Part shown: positions 50,773 to 60,051 of the stretch, piece by piece
Numbering within the stretch: the stretch's first letter is position 1
How the letters are laid out: the number at the start of each line of letters is the position of its first letter
Origin: Promethearchaeota archaeon
Lineage (GTDB): Archaea > Asgardarchaeota > Heimdallarchaeia > Hodarchaeales > Hodarchaeaceae
Length of the DNA stretch: 64,000 bases
Assembly: GCA_048938105.1 (NCBI GenBank)
Contig: JBHLMN010000012.1
Location: 96,001 to 160,000, forward strand
Direction of reading: 5' to 3'
Position numbers and translations under genes: made by a program
The notes under the pieces: generated by a model
The model's database searches: none
Seen by the model: the letters and a program-made list of their open reading frames with translations, nothing else
What the model was told of the DNA's origin: nothing

Positions 50773-51717
50773 CTAAAGTTTACGAAGGTACTCTAAACGT
50801 ACTTTAGTTGCCAAAATAATCTTTCTTAGTTTAGAAACAACTGCCCGTTGATTTAATATTTGATAATCAATTCTTTTTATCTCATTTAGAATTTCCCCAT
50901 AGACTCTTGAGGCCACTTTTACAGTATAAGCTCCTGCAGGTGGTAATTCCTCAATACCAAGATCAGCTATCTTATAAAGAGCTTTCGCTCGCTCTGATTC
51001 GTAACGAATGAGTGATTTGAGGTTCTCATTCACTTTATCACCCCTTAGATCCTCAATCGTAACCTGATAATCATTCCGAGTTTCTTCTGGTAGATATATT
51101 CGCCCCTTGAGGAAATCCTCTTTGATATCTCTTAATATATTGGTTAATTGCATTGCTCTACCTAGATCTGCAGCTCGTGCTAGAGTTCGTTTTTCTGGAT
51201 TTTTGATGAAGATGTGAGTCATCATTAAACCAACAGTACTTGCAACCCGATACATGTATAAGTCAAGTTCTTCTTCTGAATAGTACTCGGTTTTTATAAG
51301 ATCCATTCTCACACCTTCTATAAGCTCATGCATGTAATTAACTGGAATTTGATGTTTACGTAACGTATCTCCAAAGGCATGAAGGATAGGATTTGTAGAG
51401 CTATATCCATTGGCCAATTTTGTTATAGTACTTTTCAATCGATCAAGTTCAAAATTAATCTTATCAATCGTAATCCCCTTAGGGGCTTCATCAACTATAT
51501 CATCACTTAAACGACATATAGCATAGAGAGCAGCAACGCTTTTACGCTGATCTTCAGGTAAAAATCGACTAGCGAAATAGAATGACTTGCTATGCTCTAT
51601 CATCCAGTCTAGACAGATTTGATAGCTTTCTTCAAGTGTTTCATCCATCAAACTATGTTTAGGTGTCGTACTTTTGGGAAGAAGTTCCCAATCAATTGTT
51701 TTGTGAGTTGAATACAT
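50773..51717 (-). CDS. crtB: Phytoene synthase
   Basis: HSKSFYFASRFLP, ALYAICRLSDDIVD, YMYRVASTVGLM, LGRAMQLTNILRDIKED..GRIYLP, RAVVS. Confidence 0.95.
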   Translation of the reverse strand: MYSTHKTIDWELLPKSTTPKHSLMDETLEESYQICLDWMIEHSKSFYFASRFLPEDQRKSVAALYAICRLSDDIVDEAPKGITIDKINFELDRLKSTITKLANGYSSTNPILHAFGDTLRKHQIPVNYMHELIEGVRMDLIKTEYYSEEELDLYMYRVASTVGLMMTHIFIKNPEKRTLARAADLGRAMQLTNILRDIKEDFLKGRIYLPEETRNDYQVTIEDLRGDKVNENLKSLIRYESERAKALYKIADLGIEELPPAGAYTVKVASRVYGEILNEIKRIDYQILNQRAVVSKLRKIILATKVRLEYLRKL

Positions 51718-51739
51718 TTTCTAATTCACTTATTAATAT

Positions 51740-51840
51740 TTCATGAATTAGTTCAACTTCATGAATAAACATTTAAATATTTTTCGAATGTAGGTAATCA
51801 ATCAAAAAAGTGTCATTTGTCAAGTAGACATTACTTTTTT
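51740..51840. promoter_or_regulatory. Divergent crtB/crtI promoter with candidate operator palindromes
   Basis: TTCATGAA palindrome at 51740-47 and 51758-65; TTTAAATA box near 51772; nested inverted repeat AAAAAAGT(51804-11)..TGTC-n5-GACA(51818-30)..ACTTTTTT(51833-40). Confidence 0.5.
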
Positions 51841-51861
51841 GGATAAATAAAAGTGAGAAAA

Positions 51862-53436
51862 ATGAGTAATGGACATAATAAACGTAATATAGCCTTTGAT
51901 AATAAAAACCCTGAAACGTTTCTCGAATCAGTGGTAATTATAGGCTCTGGGATTGGTGGACTGGCGGCGGGAATACGCCTTCAGACAACAGGAAAATTTA
52001 ATGTTACTATTATAGAAAAACTAGACCAAGTTGGTGGTCGGGCCAGAGTCTTTAAAGATCAAGGGTTTACTTTTGATGGAGGTCCTACGGTAATAACTGT
52101 ACCTGACATTTTTAAGGATTTATTTACTTTACCTGGTCGAAAAATGGAGGATTATGTCGAATTAATACCAGTGGAGCCGTTTTATCGAATCCATTTTAAC
52201 GATGGGACATTTTTTGATTATTCTACTCCGGAAAAAAATATACCTCAAATTGAAAAAGTAAATCCTGAAGATGTAGAAGGATATAAACGCATGCTTAAAG
52301 CAGTTCGACCGATCTACGAGAAGGGGTTCAAAGAATTATCATTTAAACCTTTTAACAAGTTTACTTCAATGCTTAAAGTAGCTCCCTCCCTCATCAAGTT
52401 ACAATCATACCGTTCAAATTATAAATTTGTCTCTAAATATATAAAAAATGAGAATCTCCGAATGGTATTTAGTTTTCACCCTTTACTTATTGGGGGGAAT
52501 CCTTTCTCGGTTCCATCAATTTATAGTCTTATTCAATACCTGGAAAAAGAATTTGGAGTTTGGTTTGTGCGTGGTGGTACAAATGCTTTAGTTCAGGCGT
52601 TAGCAAACTTATTTGAGGAGCTTGGGGGTAAAATCATTTTGAATAGTGAGGTTAAAAAAATTGAAGTTAAAGATAATCAAGTAGAGGGCGTTTTAACTGT
52701 TTCGAATGATTTTTATCCAAGTAAAATCGTAATAAGTAATGCTGACCCCGCTTTTACATACACAAAAATGATTGATGCAGAGTGGCGCAGGAAAAACAGT
52801 GATAAGCGTTATAAAAAAGCGAAATATTCTATGGGATTAGTTGTAATTTATTTTGGAACGAAAAGACAATATCCAAATATGAAACATCACACTATTATTT
52901 TGGGTCCCCGGTATAAAGGACTAATAGAAGATATTTTCAAGAAAAAGATTTTAGCAGAAGATTTTTCGAGCTATTTACATCTCCCCACTCGGACTGATCC
53001 AAGTTTAGCTCCTGAAGGACATGAAGCCTTTTATATCCTGATTCCCGTCCCTCATCAAGATTCTGGTATTAATTGGGAAGAAATGGCTGAACCATTTAAA
53101 CAACGAATCTTTGATTTTCTGAATGAAAATTATCTCCCTGAACTAAAAGAGAACTTAGTGACAGAGCGAATTTTTACTCCTCTAGATTTTGAACGAGACT
53201 ATAATAGCTTTAAAGGATCTGGTTTTTCTGTTGAACCAATTTTTACTCAATCAGCGTGGTTCCGTCCACATAACAAATCTGAAGATATTGATGGTCTTTA
53301 TTTAGTGGGTGCTGGAACCCATCCAGGAGCAGGATTGCCTGGAGTTGTCTCCAGTGCAAAAGTAACCACAGATTTGATCATCAATGGGAAAAATGGATTT
53401 TCAAAAAAACCCTCTGGAATAAGTAATGCTAATTAG
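51862..53436 (+). CDS. crtI: Phytoene desaturase (CrtI family)
   Basis: IGSGIGGLAAGIRL, GGRA....GFTFDGGPTVIT, FSFHPLLIGGNPF, QSAWFRPHN, LYLVGAGTHPGAGLPGV. Confidence 0.95.
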   Translation: MSNGHNKRNIAFDNKNPETFLESVVIIGSGIGGLAAGIRLQTTGKFNVTIIEKLDQVGGRARVFKDQGFTFDGGPTVITVPDIFKDLFTLPGRKMEDYVELIPVEPFYRIHFNDGTFFDYSTPEKNIPQIEKVNPEDVEGYKRMLKAVRPIYEKGFKELSFKPFNKFTSMLKVAPSLIKLQSYRSNYKFVSKYIKNENLRMVFSFHPLLIGGNPFSVPSIYSLIQYLEKEFGVWFVRGGTNALVQALANLFEELGGKIILNSEVKKIEVKDNQVEGVLTVSNDFYPSKIVISNADPAFTYTKMIDAEWRRKNSDKRYKKAKYSMGLVVIYFGTKRQYPNMKHHTIILGPRYKGLIEDIFKKKILAEDFSSYLHLPTRTDPSLAPEGHEAFYILIPVPHQDSGINWEEMAEPFKQRIFDFLNENYLPELKENLVTERIFTPLDFERDYNSFKGSGFSVEPIFTQSAWFRPHNKSEDIDGLYLVGAGTHPGAGLPGVVSSAKVTTDLIINGKNGFSKKPSGISNAN

Positions 53437-54260
53437 TGGAAGAAATTGTAATGTTAACATATTTCATCTTCCTCCTTTTCTTTATTGTTATACCTTTGAT
53501 GGTAATCAGTTTTTTTTATTATAAGAAATATCGTGGAGGGGAAGAATATCAAAAAACGATGATAAAAAAAATCTTAATTGTGTTAGCGATATTAATAATT
53601 GTAGCTATTACTTATACTACTCCATGGGATAATTTTCTCGTCGAAAATGGCATTTGGTATTATGAGACATCGAAAGTTATGGGTATTTTAATTGGTTTTG
53701 TACCCATTGAAGAATATGGCTTTTTCGTATTGCAGACTCTCTTTATTGGATTGCTATTCGGATGGATTCTGCTTCATAGAAAGAAAATCAGTCATAATCA
53801 GAATAATTTTAGAGTTAATTTACGCCTGATTTCAGCGATTGGGCTACTTATTGTTTGGATTGTAGGATTTCTTGCATTTATTAACAGAATAGAAACTTTA
53901 ACTTATCTGAATTTAATCCTTTTATGGGGAATACCTCCAATAATGATTCAACTGATCTATGGCGCTGATATTCTCTGGTTGTACAATCGAGACCTTATCT
54001 CAGTCATCTCTCTCTCAACTATTTACTTAGCTATTGCAGATACTATTGCGATTGCAGATGGAATCTGGACAATTAGTATAAATACATCAACAGGGATTCT
54101 TTTGGCTGGAGTTTTACCTATTGAAGAGTTTGTCTTTTTCTTGGTCACTAATATATTAATTACTTTTGGATTAACCTTAATGATTGATTCTAGGAGTATT
54201 GATAGATTTCATCAATACTTTTCTAGATTAAAAGAACACAAGTGGAGAAATAAGTTATGA
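53436..54260 (+). CDS. crtY: Lycopene cyclase, fused heterodimeric type (CrtYc/d / CarR-like, two domains)
   Basis: YTTPWDNFLV..GIW...PIEEYGFF and AD.IAI..GIW...LPIEEFVFF; translationally coupled to crtI. Confidence 0.9.
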   Translation: MEEIVMLTYFIFLLFFIVIPLMVISFFYYKKYRGGEEYQKTMIKKILIVLAILIIVAITYTTPWDNFLVENGIWYYETSKVMGILIGFVPIEEYGFFVLQTLFIGLLFGWILLHRKKISHNQNNFRVNLRLISAIGLLIVWIVGFLAFINRIETLTYLNLILLWGIPPIMIQLIYGADILWLYNRDLISVISLSTIYLAIADTIAIADGIWTISINTSTGILLAGVLPIEEFVFFLVTNILITFGLTLMIDSRSIDRFHQYFSRLKEHKWRNKL

Positions 54261-54377
54261 CCAGTAGAATTTTTGTACAGGAATTGTATACATGCTTCAA
54301 AAATTTAGAAAACTGCAATATGAAGATATATTGGGAATACCTCCCTTTCTTTAACTCACACAATTTGAGGTAATTTC

Positions 54378-54830
54378 ATGTTAAATAACGTAATAGAATA
54401 TCTTAATGAGTCTGTAATACCTTTGCGGCTTTCTGGTACCACTAAATCAGGCTGGCCATTTGTAATGAGCCTTTGGTATGTTTATTTAAATGAAAAAATT
54501 TACTTAGCAACTATAAAATCAGCTAAAGTCGTTGATTATCTTTCTAATAACCCCAAATGTGCTTTTGAAATTGCCAGTGATACTCCACCTTATTGTGGGA
54601 TTCGAGGACAAGCAATGGCAAAAATTATTGAATCTAAGGGGGATGAAATTCTAAAAATCCTTCTAAATCGTTATCTAGGAGGAGAAAATAGTCCTTTAGC
54701 CCGAAGACTGTTGAATCAACGTATACCAGAGGTTGCGATTGAGCTTACTCCTGTTAAAGTGTATCAATGGGATTATAGTAAGCGAATGATTGACTCGATT
54801 GAATTTTCTTCAGTTAAAAAGTGTCCATAA
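54378..54830 (+). CDS. Pyridoxamine 5'-phosphate oxidase-like flavin-binding protein
   Basis: PLRLS....GWPFVMSLWY, CAFEIA...PPYCGIRGQA, WDYSKRM. Confidence 0.85.
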   Translation: MLNNVIEYLNESVIPLRLSGTTKSGWPFVMSLWYVYLNEKIYLATIKSAKVVDYLSNNPKCAFEIASDTPPYCGIRGQAMAKIIESKGDEILKILLNRYLGGENSPLARRLLNQRIPEVAIELTPVKVYQWDYSKRMIDSIEFSSVKKCP

Positions 54831-54867
54831 ATAAGAACGATAAAAAAACCAGTAAAAAGGTGATATT

Positions 54868-55287
54868 ATGTCAGATATCAAATATTCTGCTGGAGTATGC
54901 AATATCGGTGACGCTGAAATAAAACAAAGACGTCGATTAGGATATATAGGCATTGGTCTTACTGTGATAGCAATTATTGTATATTTAGGATTGATTTATT
55001 CTATAAAATTAGATCCATTCTTTGGAGTGATTATTTTCATACCTGCTGAAATGTCAGCTATTGGGTTAATTCAAGCTAGGAACAAATTTTGCGCTGCTTA
55101 TGGATTGATTCACCAACAGAACGTTTCCTCAAGCTTAGGCTTAACTGTGAAAATAGGCAATAAAAATTCCCAGAGAAAGGATAGGAACAAAGCTCTTAAA
55201 ATTATTTTTCAATCCCTAGTAATTGCGATTATCATTACTGTTTTTACAGTTATTGGAGGGATTTTGATAGCTCAAAGTATTATTTAG
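54868..55287 (+). CDS. 3-TM conserved membrane protein with two Cys motifs (DUF2892/YgaP-like pattern)
   Basis: GVCNIGDAEIKQRRR and QARNKFCAAYG; GGTGA RBS. Confidence 0.6.
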   Translation: MSDIKYSAGVCNIGDAEIKQRRRLGYIGIGLTVIAIIVYLGLIYSIKLDPFFGVIIFIPAEMSAIGLIQARNKFCAAYGLIHQQNVSSSLGLTVKIGNKNSQRKDRNKALKIIFQSLVIAIIITVFTVIGGILIAQSII

Positions 55288-55376
55288 GTTTGAATATAGG
55301 TTGAAAAAAAGCATAAGAGATAAATATGAATCAAATCAATATACTCAATCTTAGGGAGAGGATTTTTCCTACTCCA

Positions 55377-56114
55377 TTAAAAAATTCGTCCTAGTGACGC
55401 GTCTAAGATTTTTCCAGTCATTAGAGGAGTAGTTGCAGCAAATTCTATCATTTCATTCAAATCCTTAGGTAATAATGGGTAATTAAGAAGCTGTTTTGAT
55501 ATTAATTTCGATGATAGAACCTCAATTGTTGTACCATTATCCATAGATTTCTTTTCCAATTCTCTATTATGTCGATCCGTAAAAACATATGTAGGAGAAA
55601 CTCCGTTAATTCGAATTTTGGGAGCCAAAACTCTAGCCATTGTACGAATTAAATAGACTAATCCAGCTTTCGCAACTCCATAAGGCATTTTATCCAATGA
55701 AGGTTCATAAGCAGCAGAACTAACGATATGTACTATAGCTCCGCCTTCTATCATAAGTTCAGCTGCCATTCTTGTTAATAAGAAAGCAGATGTTAGATTC
55801 ACATTTATTACACGATTGAAAAATGAAGCATCCACTTCTAATGGATTTTTTGAAGCCAAGGATCCCCCTATATTATTTATCAGAATGTCTATTGATCCAA
55901 TTTTAGTCTGTACCCATTTCTTTACCTTTCTAATTCCTTCCTCGGTTGTGCAATCAGCTGCAATATTATTAATTCCTGGAAAACGATCATTTATCATATT
56001 TAGACTGGATATGAGAACCTCATTATTCTGATTAGAAAGTTTTCTCATAATTGCCTCTCCAATCCCTCCAACAGCAACACCAGTAACTAGAATTTTCTTA
56101 TTTTCGATGATCAT
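55377..56114 (-). CDS. Short-chain dehydrogenase/reductase
   Basis: LVTGVAVGGIG, DILINNIG, VNL, YGVAK, IRINGVSP. Confidence 0.9.
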   Translation of the reverse strand: MIIENKKILVTGVAVGGIGEAIMRKLSNQNNEVLISSLNMINDRFPGINNIAADCTTEEGIRKVKKWVQTKIGSIDILINNIGGSLASKNPLEVDASFFNRVINVNLTSAFLLTRMAAELMIEGGAIVHIVSSAAYEPSLDKMPYGVAKAGLVYLIRTMARVLAPKIRINGVSPTYVFTDRHNRELEKKSMDNGTTIEVLSSKLISKQLLNYPLLPKDLNEMIEFAATTPLMTGKILDASLGRIF

Positions 56115-56159
56115 GATTAATTTCCTCAGTTATGTTGTTAATGGTTTAATTTATTACAT

Positions 56160-56648
56160 CTAGTCATCTATTTTCAGAGTTTGAGTTTTAAGTAATTTAT
56201 AATTTTTAGGAAATCCCCAATCTTCAATCTTATTGTAACTTGTTTTTTTTGATCGAAAATGTACCCATATTGTTGTACTATCAAGAAGTGGATTAGCATG
56301 GTAATGCTTTTGATCACCATATCGAAAAGCTTCTAGTACTAGGGGTAATTCCTGACGAAAAATTCTATCACGAAACTTTAAAGGGCCAATTCCCCCACTT
56401 ACTTGACAATAGACATGGAGTGAATATACATTTTCGGTTTTCAACCATTCAGCTAACACTTCATCCCGCATTATCCGTGTTTGCCATCCTTTTAGTTGTT
56501 TTTTGTTAAACTCATGGGCAATGGTGAGAAATAAATCTCCTGTCCGATCTGAATGGGTTAATGTATAGCAACGAGGTACTAGAGGAGAATCAATGGTTGT
56601 TGGGGGTATAAATGTAACATTTAGTTTATTTGGGTTTAAGCGATTCAA
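56160..56648 (-). CDS. sgr: Stay-Green (SGR) family protein, putative Mg-dechelatase
   Basis: PRCYTLTHSDRTGDLFLTI, RDEVLAEW, LHVYCQVSG, RIFRQELPLVLEAFRYGD, WVHFRS....YNKIEDWG; all SGR blocks present. Confidence 0.92.
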   Translation of the reverse strand: MNRLNPNKLNVTFIPPTTIDSPLVPRCYTLTHSDRTGDLFLTIAHEFNKKQLKGWQTRIMRDEVLAEWLKTENVYSLHVYCQVSGGIGPLKFRDRIFRQELPLVLEAFRYGDQKHYHANPLLDSTTIWVHFRSKKTSYNKIEDWGFPKNYKLLKTQTLKIDD

Positions 56649-56674
56649 GGTAGAAATCCTTCTATTTGAAAGAA

Positions 56675-58177
56675 CTAAGTTGTAGATAAATAATAGGGCT
56701 TAGGAGTAGAGCTTATTTTAGTATATGTAAGACTATCTCCAGGAATATCCCTACAAATTTCCTCTAACAGCTTTTTTGACAGCATGTCGAAAAATGGTTG
56801 GATCATAAACCAATAGGCTATCCCAATAAGCCCTTTTGGGACTATTCGAAAAATCTGATGAAGTTCAATTTTTTTGTGATTAATACGCCTTAAACGATAT
56901 CTTAGGATGGTATAACCAGGTAAGATGAAATCTGTATGTAATGTTAATTCTTTCTTTGGAATTTTATTCTGAATTGAAAGAGGAGTCTTTTTCATCTCTC
57001 CCTTGTCCTTAAAACCTTTGAAAAAACCGTTTAGAAAAGCACCAAATTTCCATAAGTATAAATTGATCTGAAAATTTCTATATTTCTCAATCTGAAGTAA
57101 TTTGTTCCACAAATTCTCAGGATTACTAGTTAAAATAGCCTTACGATGATCTTGGAAGACAAATCCTCCAGACCAGGATGGATCCCCTGGAATGTGCCAT
57201 TCAACGGGTAAATCATAATAGCTAGAATAACTTCCGTACCTAAGATACTGTTGGGGGTTTAATGCTAATCGAATTGCTTGTTTATGGTTTAGTAACTTCT
57301 GTGGAATCAATTCTCGTATCCTAAAATCATGACAAACAACCTCATTCTTCATTCCATCTATTAATGGACGAGCTAAAGATGATTGAATGCCTGTAATCAA
57401 TCTTATCCAATAGGAGCTTAGGCTAGGAGTGAAGAAAGGGATAGGGAGAATTAAACGCTTTGGTAGTGCCATAATTTCCACATAACTCTCCATAAACTGT
57501 TTATAAGTGATAATATCTGAACCACCAATATCAAAGGTCTCACCGATTGTTTCTGGTACATCTAAACAGTCAGTTAGATATTTCAGAACATTTCGAATAG
57601 CTATTGGTTGATTTCTTGTTCTAAGCCACTTGGGTGTAATCATAATTGGCAATCTATTGACTAGATACCTCATCATCTCAAAAGCTGCGCTTCCACTCCC
57701 AATAATAATTGCTGCACGTAACGTTGTAACTGGTACTGAACATGAATTCAGTATTCTGGAAACTTCGATTCGAGACTGTAGATGCTTACTTAATTTTTCT
57801 TTTTCGTCCCCTAATCCCCCAAGATAAATAATTCTTTCAATTGCTGCCTTTTCAGCTGCAATTATTGTGTTTTGGGCTGCAATTCTATCAGATCTAATAA
57901 AATCTTTTATTTTTCCTTCCATAGAATGGATTAAATAGTAAACCGAGGAGACTTCTTCCATTGCGTCTTCTAAGGTTTTAATATCGAAAACATTAAGATT
58001 TACCGTTTTCAAATTCCTATGATGACTCCATAATCTCATATTTAGCTTGTCTTTTGACCTAAACCCCACTCGTACAATATATCCTTTCTTTAAGAGTTTT
58101 GGTACAAGTCTGGAACCTATGTAACCTGTGGCCCCAAGTACAAGAACTTCTTTTTGTTTCAAGGGAAATCTACTCAT
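56675..58177 (-). CDS. Atypical SDR (YbjT-like) with C-terminal DUF2867-like domain
   Basis: GATGYIGSRL, YYLIHSM, IYLGGLG, SKHLQSR, LRAAIIIGSGSAAFE, RLPIMITPKW, QPIAI, GDPSWSGG, PKGLIGIAYW. Confidence 0.88.
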   Translation of the reverse strand: MSRFPLKQKEVLVLGATGYIGSRLVPKLLKKGYIVRVGFRSKDKLNMRLWSHHRNLKTVNLNVFDIKTLEDAMEEVSSVYYLIHSMEGKIKDFIRSDRIAAQNTIIAAEKAAIERIIYLGGLGDEKEKLSKHLQSRIEVSRILNSCSVPVTTLRAAIIIGSGSAAFEMMRYLVNRLPIMITPKWLRTRNQPIAIRNVLKYLTDCLDVPETIGETFDIGGSDIITYKQFMESYVEIMALPKRLILPIPFFTPSLSSYWIRLITGIQSSLARPLIDGMKNEVVCHDFRIRELIPQKLLNHKQAIRLALNPQQYLRYGSYSSYYDLPVEWHIPGDPSWSGGFVFQDHRKAILTSNPENLWNKLLQIEKYRNFQINLYLWKFGAFLNGFFKGFKDKGEMKKTPLSIQNKIPKKELTLHTDFILPGYTILRYRLRRINHKKIELHQIFRIVPKGLIGIAYWFMIQPFFDMLSKKLLEEICRDIPGDSLTYTKISSTPKPYYLSTT

Positions 58178-58189
58178 TCTAAGAGGACA

Positions 58190-58960
58190 TCAATAATCTT
58201 GACGAGCTTTCCAGAAATCACCATAAAAGAAAAATCCAATCAGTTGAGAAAATACGAATATTATTGATATAACTATTCCTAAATACTGTAATATAAGAAT
58301 TTGATTACTATGGAAGATATACAGAGGGATAAAGTTCAATAAGAACCAAATCCACGAAAGAATTGGAGCAGATATGAACATAAGAGATCTTTTCCATTTT
58401 GAAACAGATAAGAAGGAACTCAAATCATATTTTATTCCAAAAATAGGAAGTTTCGTTATAGGTGTCCAAGCTAGCAAGTTTGATTTACGAAATGTGGATT
58501 TGAAAATAAAATAATTTCTAAAGTTTAATCCTAAAAGAAAACCAAATATGCAATGGATTACGGTATGAGAGAGCATAAAGTTTACAAAACTGATTAGAAA
58601 GAACAAAATAACACTAAACCAAAAATCTACAGAAAAATAAAAGGCTAAAAAATAAAGAATTTCTGAGATGAGAACACCAACTGAGAATAGTAAAGTTCCG
58701 ACTTTAATTGAAAATTTTGGAACGTTCCAACTATCGAAGAAGAATTCATCAATTCTCCCTAAAATATCTATTTCTTCCTCTGTTATTTTTACTTTTCGTG
58801 CATATTTTACAGCAGTTTGATATTTTCTCCAATGACTCTTCCGATTTAATGTTCCTGTTTCATATGAATCCTCTAAATCCTTGATATTCCTACTAAAATT
58901 AGTGTTATCCATTTGAGAACCTTCCCTAGAACTGTAGTTCTTATTAGTTATACTTAACAT
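58190..58960 (-). CDS. Uncharacterised membrane protein with HxxxH motif (M50/zincin-like, lacking the catalytic Glu)
   Basis: ~4 TM; LSHTVIH, ISAP, GDFWKA; directly downstream of heliorhodopsin on the same strand. Confidence 0.6.
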   Translation of the reverse strand: MLSITNKNYSSREGSQMDNTNFSRNIKDLEDSYETGTLNRKSHWRKYQTAVKYARKVKITEEEIDILGRIDEFFFDSWNVPKFSIKVGTLLFSVGVLISEILYFLAFYFSVDFWFSVILFFLISFVNFMLSHTVIHCIFGFLLGLNFRNYFIFKSTFRKSNLLAWTPITKLPIFGIKYDLSSFLSVSKWKRSLMFISAPILSWIWFLLNFIPLYIFHSNQILILQYLGIVISIIFVFSQLIGFFFYGDFWKARQDY

Positions 58961-59019
58961 TATAATTCTAGTGATCGAGGTTTGAAAATAAAAAGAGGGG
59001 AAGGATCATAATGACCCAA

Positions 59020-59832
59020 TTAAGCAAATATTAACCCCATAAATACAATCCAAGCTAATGCTGATTTTGCAAAGAGGCTTAATAATTGATAACCTCGTTC
59101 TCCATATAGATAATCTTTCCATGGGCCTATTTTCTTATACTGAAGAAACATATTCAAGGCAAAGCTGTTAAAGAAGACGAAATAAACTACTAAGGCAATA
59201 TAGACAAAAGTAGGAACTTCTCGTCCAACTGTGTTAATACTCAAGAATGTATCAAGGATGACGATCCAGGGCATTATTCCAGCTATCCATCCTAGGATAT
59301 AAGGAGCCCAGCTTGTTTTTTCAGTATATTGGTTATAAGTCTCCATTAACAACCCAAACATGTTCATTAATCCATTAAGCACGAATATCAGAGCAAGAAT
59401 CCAAAATTCTAGTATTCCAAAAGCTAAAGCAATGAATATGATCATCACTGAACTGGAAAAAGCATACTCATACCAACGTACTGGATTCATTTCTTTCTTT
59501 AAATTGGTAACATATTTGTTATATAATGGAAAAGCAATCAGTAAATGAGCAATAGCTGACATTAGAAGAAAACTAGCAAGCAGGATACCTGCAATGTTTT
59601 CAAAAGTGAAAAAAACTTCGGGGATAGGCTCAAGAACTGGACGAGTACCAGTTAATTCTTTTATTCCTAAATACGACCTATAAATGTCGATTTTGAAGTT
59701 TTTTATTTCATCAATTACTAAACTCAGAGCAAATATAACTGTTGCTTGCACTAAGTGCAAGATACCCATGGCTATATTGAATTTCCGGAGATAGGAAAAT
59801 GATATTTTTGACTTTTCAATGTTAGTTGACAT
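59020..59832 (-). CDS. heR: Heliorhodopsin
   Basis: LRKFNIAMGILHLVQA, FLLMSAIAH, NPVRWYEYAFSSSVM (counterion E), MNMFGLLME, FNSFALNMFLQYKKIGPWKDYLYGERGY, LSLFAKSALAW (retinal-binding Lys); GGAGG RBS. Confidence 0.97.
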   Translation of the reverse strand: MSTNIEKSKISFSYLRKFNIAMGILHLVQATVIFALSLVIDEIKNFKIDIYRSYLGIKELTGTRPVLEPIPEVFFTFENIAGILLASFLLMSAIAHLLIAFPLYNKYVTNLKKEMNPVRWYEYAFSSSVMIIFIALAFGILEFWILALIFVLNGLMNMFGLLMETYNQYTEKTSWAPYILGWIAGIMPWIVILDTFLSINTVGREVPTFVYIALVVYFVFFNSFALNMFLQYKKIGPWKDYLYGERGYQLLSLFAKSALAWIVFMGLIFA

Positions 59833-60051
59833 TAAGCAACCTCCTATGGATTTAGACAGAAGAGTCCTTCTTTATATATTCATTATGATAATTAAAACGT
59901 AAATCACCAATAAATCTAGATCTAGAATTAATGACTTGAATCAGGATGAAGTTCTATTACTGAAAAAATAAAGAATCTATTATAATGTGAACCTAAAACT
60001 TGCTGATTGATGAACTAGTACTTCTAAAATCACAAAGAATGGTGAAGGCTG

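Noticed and set aside
59020-59832. Type-1 proton-pumping rhodopsin or schizorhodopsin
   Set aside because: It lacks RYxDW and DxxxK; RWYEY and SLxAK with the basic N-terminus are heliorhodopsin hallmarks.
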